From the NCBI GenBank assembly GCA_022822625.1, contig JAJEAV010000011.1:15955-79954 (forward strand): a stretch of DNA of 64,000 nt. The letters are read 5' to 3'. The translations under genes were made by a program, and so were the position numbers. Numbering within the stretch: position 1 is the first letter of the stretch; every line of letters begins with the position of its first letter. This DNA is from Gammaproteobacteria bacterium. GTDB lineage: Bacteria > Pseudomonadota > Gammaproteobacteria > Arenicellales > Poriferihabitantaceae. The notes beneath the pieces were generated by a model that worked only from the letters and a program-made list of their open reading frames with translations, made no database searches and was not told the DNA's origin. Below, one piece after another: positions 57,633 through 64,000 of this stretch.

Positions 57633-58490
57633 TTAGCTGTCCGGAAATTCCCAGGTGATTCCACCAAGCCGTGCATCTCGAATATCATGAATTAACAAGT
57701 GCCCTGCTTTTTCGAGATCTATTATACCTCCCTTGACCAGGCAGCCTCGACGTTTTCCGATTTCGAGTAATAACTCCAGGGAAGTTCGGCTCAGGTTTTC
57801 CATATTGTAACGATTATGAAGTCGCTCCCTGTATTTATTCTTGAGAAATTCGAGAGCAAACAAGGCAATGTCCTGATAGCTGACCACGGTATCGCGAATA
57901 GCACCTGTAATTGCAAGACGTAGTCCACTCTCGGGAGATTCGATTTTTGGCCAGGTTAGACCCGGAGTATCCAGAAGATAAAGCCCCTCATCGATTCGGA
58001 TTCGCTGTTGCTGACGAGTAAGCGCCGGTTGATTGCCGGTTTTTGCAACTGCTCGCTCACAAAGGGTGTTGATCAGGGTGGATTTGCCGGAATTTGGTAT
58101 TCCAACCACCATTGCCAAGATCCTTGAACGGTTCCGACCGGAGCGTTCAACCACATTCGCACACATCGCTGGAATTCGTTTGACCTCCGCTCGTTTTCTT
58201 GGATCTGCGACCAGCACAGGACGTTCGTATAGATTTGTGATGCAGTGTAGCCACTCATCGGTCAACTTCGGGTCAGACAAGTCTGGTTTGGACATCACGG
58301 TGATGCAGGGCTTCTCTCCACGCAAGGTTTCGATCAGGGGATTCATGCTACTCATAGGGATTCTGCTATCCAGAATCTCAATAAAAACGTCCACCTCGGA
58401 TTTGGTCTCGGCGATCTCTTTCCTGGCCTTATGCATATGGCCGGGAAACCACTGGATATCTCTCAGGTGTTCAAGTGACTCTTCGTTCAT
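57633..58490 (-). CDS. ylqF: Ribosome biogenesis GTPase A (YlqF/RbgA), circularly permuted GTPase
   Basis: IQWFPGHMHKARKEI N-terminus, DSRIP, SKPDL (G4) preceding GIPNSGKSTLIN (G1), and DTPG (G3). Confidence 0.9.
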   Translation of the reverse strand: MNEESLEHLRDIQWFPGHMHKARKEIAETKSEVDVFIEILDSRIPMSSMNPLIETLRGEKPCITVMSKPDLSDPKLTDEWLHCITNLYERPVLVADPRKRAEVKRIPAMCANVVERSGRNRSRILAMVVGIPNSGKSTLINTLCERAVAKTGNQPALTRQQQRIRIDEGLYLLDTPGLTWPKIESPESGLRLAITGAIRDTVVSYQDIALFALEFLKNKYRERLHNRYNMENLSRTSLELLLEIGKRRGCLVKGGIIDLEKAGHLLIHDIRDARLGGITWEFPDS

Positions 58491-58635
58491 ACGAAATCGC
58501 TATCATGTGTTTCACAAATGCTGAATCCTTTTGCAGAAATACGCGGGTATGCAGAAATTCCCTCAAGTGAATTTTGCACGATTTGATCCGATTTTTGTTA
58601 TCCGGTTTATGATACAAGGAACAATGTCTTTCTTT

Positions 58636-58900
58636 GGAACTGTATATTCAAGTAATAATATACTGTTCTGCGTCCGAACACTCTCGGATGCATCGGGATG
58701 GGCTGACTGCCCCCATTCCCGCCCTGCAAGCAGGCAACCCCGCTTGAGAATGTCCGGAATGCGGTCACATCCCTGTCCAGGACACACCGCAACCACCACA
58801 ATCGAACTGCCTCTTGCGCAGAACATCACCCTTAGTTGAACAGCCAGAACCGTATATTTCGGGCAGACAGTGAAAACTTGATGGGAATGGCCGCCTGCTG
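58636..58900 (-). mobile_element. tnpB: IS200/IS605-family tnpB 3-prime end plus right-end remnant (copy B), frameshifted
   Basis: The reverse strand reads ...PKYT.. / GSGCSTKGDVLRKRQFDCGGCGVSWTGM*. This is homologous to copy A but carries 1-nt deletions, a 3-nt indel and a 27-28-nt deletion. It ends ...CAGAACAGTATATTATTACTTGAATATAcagttcc (58636-58670 on the + strand as reverse complement). Confidence 0.65.
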
Positions 58901-59120
58901 GCCATCGAAATCATTATCCATTGGACCCTCACTCAGTGACGAGAGAGGTTTAAATTAATCCGGAATCGGAAAATTTCAGAACGGGACAATGGTAAAATGC
59001 AGATGGAACGCCCCCCAAACTGCACCAGAGATCCCACAAAATCAATGCCGAAACCCATTCATTAGACTGAACTCAATACTTGCAACATACATGAAGTCAA
59101 CAGCTATCTAGCGGGTGAAC

Positions 59121-59508
59121 AATGAGCAAAGATGTGGGAATGTGGGCATTCCTTGAGCAGTATGTTTCCCAACTTGCAGAGCGAGAAGGATTTCTTGCAA
59201 TTTGCGTCCGTAAAATTGAACTAAACCATAGTGAATACCCAGCACAGGTCTGATTTGGCAGACACTAGTATTATCTTTGCGATACATGACGGTATTGTTC
59301 CCAAGAGAATACTGGGAATTGGATCAAAATGACTCGATTTATCGCACCATTGAGAATAGATGCTCCCCAACAGAAATTAGAATAACTACATAAGATGAGA
59401 ATGGGAGTATAAATGTTTATGATTTTATCCGACATCTACGTAATACAATTGCTCATGCGAATATTAGGTTTCATGAAGACAATAGCATTGAATTTTGGGA
59501 TAAGAGAG
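59121..59508 (+). pseudogene. Degenerate remnant of a HEPN-like (Rx4H) gene
   Basis: Short ORF MSKDVGMWAFLEQYVSQLAEREGFLAICVRKIELNHSEYPAQV*, followed by stops in all frames. One frame reads VYDFIRHLRNTIAHANIRFHEDNSIEFWDK (an Rx4H motif) from 59415 onward. Confidence 0.3.
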
Positions 59509-59613
59509 GAGAACCGCACCCTCGGCCAAACCCGTGACCTCCTCCTTCCAAAGCTCATGTCCGGCGAAATCCACCTGCCCGAAGCCGAGATAGCGGGGGA
59601 GGCGGTGGCGTGA
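59509..59613 (+). pseudogene. hsdS: Type I restriction-modification specificity subunit, C-terminal tail only
   Basis: ENRTLGQTRDLLLPKLMSGEIHLPEAE is the conserved C-terminal helix of HsdS. Nothing of the target-recognition domains precedes it. G+C content rises visibly from about here. Confidence 0.5.
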
Positions 59614-60599
59614 AATCCCCTGGCGGCGAAGTCATCGTCTACGAGTCCGGGGACGGTGAGGCGCGCGTTGACGTGCGCTTCGAAGGGGAAACAGTCTGGC
59701 TGACGCAGCATCAAATGGCGAAGGTGTTTCAGACCACGTCAAGGAACGTTCAGATTCACCTGCGCAATGTCTTCTTCAGCAAGGAGTTGAAAGCAGAGGC
59801 AACTACCAAGGATTTCTTGGTAGTTCGTCTGGAAGGCAAGCGAAGAGTCCAGCGCTCCCTCAAGCACTATAACCTGGATGCGATCATTTCCATCGGTTAC
59901 AGGGTCAATTCGAAGCGGGCCGTGTGTTTTCGCCAGTGGGCCACCCGCACCTTGCGCGAGTACCTCGTCAGCGGATACACGATGAACGAGCGGCGGCTTG
60001 CAGAGCGGGGCCTCAATGAGGCCCGCCAAACCCTGGATTTGCTCGCCCGGATACTCAGGAAACAGGCGCTTGTGGACGAAGCAGGTCAGTCCGTGCTAGA
60101 CCTGATCACTGAGTATGCCGACACATGGCGCCTGCTGCTCGAATATGACGAGGATCGCCTCAAGGTGCCGACCGGAGCGAAGTCAGCCTCTAGCGCCCTT
60201 AGTCTTGACACTGTCATTACCGCAATCGATGCTTTCAAGCACGATCTTGCAGCGAAGGGCGAAGCCTCGCCTATGTTCGGCAACCGGCGCAGCGAAGCTC
60301 TGGAGGCGATTCTCGGCAACTTGGAGCAAACCATGTTCGGCGACCCCCTTTACCGTAGCAGTGGGGAGAAGGCGGCCAACCTGCTCTATTTTCTAGTCAA
60401 GGACCACCCGTTCACCGATGGCAACAAGCGCATTGGCGCCCTGCTTTTCCTGCTCTATCTGACACAGGAGGGAATCTCGCACCGGCTCGACTCCCGGGGA
60501 CTGACGGCACTCACCCTATTGATCGCCGAAAGTTCGCCGTCGAATAAGGATATCATGATTCGCCTCATCATCAATCTTCTGGACGAATCCGTCGAATGA
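59610..60599 (+). CDS. RhuM-family N-terminal domain fused to a Doc-type Fic domain
   Basis: 329-aa intact ORF (GTG start overlapping the hsdS stop). N-terminal half: [27 protein letters not shown]...[34 protein letters not shown] (RhuM pattern). C-terminal half contains [19 protein letters not shown] (Doc-type HxFxDxNKR). Confidence 0.85.
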   Translation: MKSPGGEVIVYESGDGEARVDVRFEGETVWLTQHQMAKVFQTTSRNVQIHLRNVFFSKELKAEATTKDFLVVRLEGKRRVQRSLKHYNLDAIISIGYRVNSKRAVCFRQWATRTLREYLVSGYTMNERRLAERGLNEARQTLDLLARILRKQALVDEAGQSVLDLITEYADTWRLLLEYDEDRLKVPTGAKSASSALSLDTVITAIDAFKHDLAAKGEASPMFGNRRSEALEAILGNLEQTMFGDPLYRSSGEKAANLLYFLVKDHPFTDGNKRIGALLFLLYLTQEGISHRLDSRGLTALTLLIAESSPSNKDIMIRLIINLLDESVE

Positions 60600-61424
60600 G
60601 CCGTGTGGTGGAATCCGTCATCAAGGAAGCCGTCTCCAATGGTTTGCCAGAATCAGCTATGCCGTGCTTCACGGATCGGACATCGGCCCGGAAGGCCCGA
60701 CGCCAGAGCGCGGCAGCTACGAAAAGGCGTTGCTGGCTGGTCGGCTCCGCAAAGTCGCTCGCTCGTCTGAATCCGAATCTGCTCGTTGAGACAATGGAGG
60801 ATGTGCTGCGCAAGGTGCGACAAGCAGAAACCCCATCTCTTATCGAGGAGAACCTCCGCCTGCACCGCTATCTGATCGAAGGTGTATCCATCGAGGTTAC
60901 CCGTGAAGATGGCAGTATTGCTGGCGATGTGGTCCGGCTGATCGATTTCGATGAATTCCTCGCCGAGATTCAGGGGATGGAAAAGAAAAACCTCGCGTTG
61001 GAGGCACTGCACAAGCTCATCAACGGGGAGCTTCCATCGCGAAGCCGGGTCAACGTCGTGCAGACTGGACCTTCTCCCAAAGGCTGGAGGAAGCAATCGC
61101 CCGCTACCACAGCAATGCCATCACAACAGCAGAGGTCCTCCAGGAACTGATCAGACCTGCCAGGGACATCAACGCCGCACACCGGCGTGGCGAAGAAGAA
61201 GGGATCAGCTAGAAAGAAATCGTTTTCTACGATGCACTGGCCCAAAATAAGAGCGCAGTCGAGTTGATGGATAACGACCACCTTCGCGCCATCGCCCTTG
61301 ATATTACGCATCAGTGGATTGGCAATGCCACAAGCACGGCTATCCAACCGGTCTGCAGGACTCCGCAGTGCAGACCGTTCTGCAACAGGCCGAGAAACTA
61401 TCGTCGAGATGGGGAGCAGGATGA
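60596..61424 (+). pseudogene. hsdR: Type I restriction enzyme R subunit remnant, with N- and C-terminal ends joined, core deleted and frameshifted
   Basis: Across shifted frames it reads [40 protein letters not shown] / [65 protein letters not shown]. That runs directly into C-terminal-type sequence: [41 protein letters not shown]. About 830 nt remain, where an intact hsdR is about 3 kb. Confidence 0.7.
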
Positions 61425-61614
61425 TGCCCAACCCCGACTTCATGTACTCCTGCTCCATGAGGCTTGACCCATAGTTTATTGGCCACCGCTGACACCACAT
61501 CCCTACCTCTTACACGGACGACAATAGTGCGCCAACATGCTTGGAATTTTACCTTGTTCCGCTTCCGGAATACTTACTGTAAAATATTAACATATTGTAT
61601 TTTCGATATTTTAT

Positions 61615-61875
61615 TCAGTACAGCTTATTTCCCCTCGATCCCTGCGGATTTCGATAAGCAGCTTCTGCTGTTCGTAGCAGGATATTGTCCTGACCGTTCT
61701 CTCGTAGCAGTCCTTCCTCTCCTGCAGCGCGCATTCCACAATTCAGCCTGTTGACGCAGGAACGCATCAAGATTCACGTGGGTAGTGCAACTGACCTTTG
61801 CTGTCTGGGTAATGGTACGGATCATGACGCAATGACAACACAAACTCCAATGTCCTTGAATATATAATTTCCCTT
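61615..61875 (-). mobile_element. tnpB: IS200/IS605-family tnpB 5-prime end plus left-end remnant (copy C), frameshifted
   Basis: The reverse strand from ATG 61825 reads MIRTITQTAKVSCTTHVNLDAFLRQQAELWNA. After a +1 shift it reads ALQERKDCYERTVRTISCYEQQKLLIEIRRD, matching the TnpB N-terminal pattern (..LYNAALEER..AY...G.sISyyqQ...L.EIR). The outer flank CTTGAATATATAATTTCCCTT (61855-61875) is 20/21 identical to the sequence ending copy A (7840-7859). Confidence 0.55.
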
Positions 61876-61948
61876 ACTTCACACAAATAGGACTGGTGCG
61901 GTTTTCTGATATAGTGCAACTTCTTTGCCGCTTGATGAATGAGTCCTA

Positions 61949-62707
61949 ATGTGTATCGTGTTTCTGGCTATCGGCCAACACCCAGACTACCCATTGATTA
62001 TTGCTGCAAACCGTGATGAGTATCATGATAGGCCATCTACAGGCATGGAGTTCTGGAAGGATCATCCGAAAATTCTGGCTGGAAGAGATCTGAGAGAGAA
62101 CGGAACCTGGCTTGGGTTAACGCGCTCAGGATACTTTTGCACGGTAACCAACTATCCGGATACATCAATCCTCAATCAGGAATTGAATAGCCGTGGACAG
62201 TTGGTTAGACAATTCCTGATGGATGAGCCCCCGGCTTCCAAATCCCGCCAACACCTGACAAATATGGGCCAGACATATCGACCATTTAACCTGGTTTTTG
62301 GAAATTACAGGAATCTGTACACCTACAGCAACCGGGAACAGGAATTCACCCGACTTGATAAAGGTTATCACAGCATGTCCAATGGCCCGATGAATCAGAC
62401 CTGGGAAAAAGTATCACATGGCATTAGAAAACTGACCGATTTGATTGCCCAGGGTGGAAAGATTGACTCACAAATTCTCACGGAATTCATGCAGGATCAA
62501 TCATTACCCTGCCATGATTCTTCAAAATCCGGCACGGCTCCATATTTCTCTCCAATCTTCATTCGCGGAGACCATTATGGAACGCGAGCCACTACCTGTT
62601 TGCTGTTTAATGGAAAGGATGTCCATATCACGGAGTCCTGTTACGAACCTTCTGGAGAGATCGTCGGACAACGGAAATTCGCCTTTGGGCTAGCACATGT
62701 CGCATAA
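61949..62707 (+). CDS. NRDE family protein (DUF833 / TANGO2-like)
   Basis: MCIVFLAIGQHPDYPLIIAANRDEYHDRPS, with an N-terminal Cys and the NRDE motif. 252 aa. Confidence 0.85.
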   Translation: MCIVFLAIGQHPDYPLIIAANRDEYHDRPSTGMEFWKDHPKILAGRDLRENGTWLGLTRSGYFCTVTNYPDTSILNQELNSRGQLVRQFLMDEPPASKSRQHLTNMGQTYRPFNLVFGNYRNLYTYSNREQEFTRLDKGYHSMSNGPMNQTWEKVSHGIRKLTDLIAQGGKIDSQILTEFMQDQSLPCHDSSKSGTAPYFSPIFIRGDHYGTRATTCLLFNGKDVHITESCYEPSGEIVGQRKFAFGLAHVA

Positions 62708-63419
62708 TCCAAAAATTCTGGTGTTCAAGCACATGTCCTGCCAGAATCCCGGGATTTTCAGGGACTATGCATCGAATCGCAAGGTTCAATTTGAGGAGAT
62801 TGATCTATACCGCGGAGATTCAATTCCTGATATTCGTAATTTCGATGCATTATGGGTTATGGGAGGAAGCATGGACGTTTGGCAAGAGGATGATTTTCCA
62901 TGGCTGAAGCAGGAAAAAGTGGCCATTCGTGAGGCGCATGATCGGGGCATGCCTTTTTTCGGGATTTGCCTCGGACATCAGTTACTAGCTGATGCACTCG
63001 GTGGAGCGGCAACTCCATCCAAACAGGTTGAAATTGGCGCATTTCCGATTCAACCGACATCCGAGGGTGCTGAACATGGCCTCCTTGATGGGATTCCGTT
63101 GAATGTTCGATGGGCGAATGTGCATACTGTTGAAGTCACGACTCCTCCTGAAAACGCAACTATTCTGGCCAAGAGCCATGCTTGCTCAAATCATGCCATG
63201 GCCGTTGGGCATCATGCATATTCTGTCCAATTCCATCCCGAAGTCTGCAAATTTACCATGTCGGGATGGCTTTCAATACCCGGTATCGTTCCAAAAATTA
63301 TTGACCTGCTGGGTGAGCAAGGCTTTCATGAGTTTATCCAGACGATAGAAATCAATCGAACACATACCGAGAAAGCGGCCGCTCGACTATTCGATAACTG
63401 GCTGTCTCTGGTTTTCTGA
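62697..63419 (+). CDS. Class I glutamine amidotransferase-like protein (GMP synthase-type GATase1 domain only)
   Basis: Nucleophile elbow FFGICLGHQLLADALGG and the His-Glu pair in VQFHPEV. 240 aa. Confidence 0.85.
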   Translation: MSHNPKILVFKHMSCQNPGIFRDYASNRKVQFEEIDLYRGDSIPDIRNFDALWVMGGSMDVWQEDDFPWLKQEKVAIREAHDRGMPFFGICLGHQLLADALGGAATPSKQVEIGAFPIQPTSEGAEHGLLDGIPLNVRWANVHTVEVTTPPENATILAKSHACSNHAMAVGHHAYSVQFHPEVCKFTMSGWLSIPGIVPKIIDLLGEQGFHEFIQTIEINRTHTEKAAARLFDNWLSLVF

Positions 63420-63690
63420 ATTTTGCAGGATACTGAACGACCTGCCCATTTCAGATTTTCAGGACTATGCCATGGATGGGGTTGCCCGACCCTGATTTGT
63501 CTGCAAGCACATAATTTACCGAAAAAAGCGACTGGAATTTAAGGGTAGAAACCCTGAGGTGAGCCTTGGCGACTCATTCCAGACGCGCTGGGAAACATAA
63601 TGACAAACCCATGAGGATCCTAATCCTTAAATAGGAATCGGTGTTAAGAGCAAATAGAACTGTCCGGTTTGGCAGCAAATGGATTATCCA

Positions 63691-64000
63691 CTATTGACGA
63701 CCACTCCCTCTGGGGGAGTGGCCGCGCGCAGTGGACATTGCGCGGAGCCATGTACATACTTTACCCCCCAGTTGCCCCTGGTTGTCGTAGCGTGCCAGTT
63801 CCCGTGATCCGCGATGGATCGACAGGGATTCTTCCGCATATTCCAGCACCTTGACCTTGACCTTGACGTAGTAGCGGCGGTATCGGTCTGCCGGGATCCG
63901 GAGTGTCAGGCCCTTGTACTGTACGCAGTTGTCCTGTCCGACCGTTCGTTCCCGGTGTTCACACAGGATGCCGTCGAGTACCGCAAGGTCCGGGCAGGGC
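63691..64000 (-). mobile_element. C-terminal part of a DDE/integrase-type transposase gene running off the right edge
   Basis: Not in the ORF track (open at the edge). My reverse translation in one frame reads PCPDLAVLDGILCEHRERTVGQDNCVQYKGLTLRIPADRYRRYYVKVKVKVLEYAEESLSIHRGSRELARYDNQGQLGG...*, with stop TAG at 63693-63691. The pattern R.V..D..V.Y.G..Y.I...Y....V.V..Y.DGSL.I...G..LA.YD recalls the C-terminal beta-barrel of rve-type (ISNCY/IS481-like) transposases. The segment is visibly G+C-rich. Confidence 0.5.

Noticed and set aside
1-64000. Scan for rRNA, tRNA, tmRNA, riboswitch or CRISPR signatures
   Set aside because: By eye I found no tRNA-like T-arm/acceptor patterns, no rRNA-like segments and no repeat-spacer arrays. 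Without a covariance-model search, small ncRNAs cannot be excluded.

Overview
All calls come from reading the sequence and ORF track by eye and from recalled family motifs. No searches were run. This is a 64-kb chromosomal window, probably from a marine sulfur-oxidising (gamma)proteobacterium. That origin is an inference from gene content.

Left to right:
- 1-7.5 kb: transketolase (open at the left edge), a small membrane protein, an IMPase-family protein, a 739-aa orphan protein with an Hpt-like motif next to a lone receiver domain, and a DUF1330 gene broken by an in-frame TAG.
- 7.6-7.9 kb: a roughly 230-bp IS200/IS605-type tnpB 3-prime/right-end remnant.
- 8-21 kb: housekeeping genes on the + strand (yqgE-ruvX-pyrR-pyrB-pyrC', degP-like protease, DUF924, J-domain protein, multicopper oxidase, PBP, thyA-folA).
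- 21.2-32.0 kb: a 9-gene minus-strand operon for quaternary-amine catabolism. It holds a BKACE, an L-carnitine dehydrogenase-thioesterase fusion, an SDR, an acyl-CoA dehydrogenase, an ADP-forming CoA synthetase, a CaiD-like hydratase, an M24 DddP/creatinase-like protein, a GNAT and a GMC/choline dehydrogenase.
- 32-35.5 kb: a scarred patch with a perfect 19-bp hairpin, and an MBL-hydrolase gene fragment and its intact paralog bracketing an AAA/DUF4143 ATPase.
- 35.7-39.9 kb: a ProXVW/OpuA-type betaine ABC transporter preceded by three tandem 18-bp TATAAT-containing repeats.
- 40.2-55.4 kb: a complete oxidative-type dsrABEFHCMKLJOPNR cluster, with a histidine kinase, a NarL-type regulator and a Sel1 protein packed directly behind dsrR.
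- 55.6-58.5 kb: a signal-peptide-bearing PNP/MTAN-like protein, small ORFs, a cupin and ylqF.
- 58.6-61.9 kb: the two halves of a tnpB element bracketing a visibly G+C-richer block. The block carries type I R-M debris (hsdS tail, internally deleted hsdR) and one intact RhuM-Doc/Fic gene.
- 61.9-64 kb: an NRDE protein, a GATase1 protein and the C-terminal end of a transposase running off the right edge.

No rRNA, tRNA or CRISPR was seen. The leads I rate highest are the dsr-linked two-component module, the split tnpB element with defence-gene cargo and the diverged tnpB/omega-RNA-like remnants, the Hpt-like orphan plus receiver pair, and the carnitine/gamma-butyrobetaine operon in a dsr-carrying genome.
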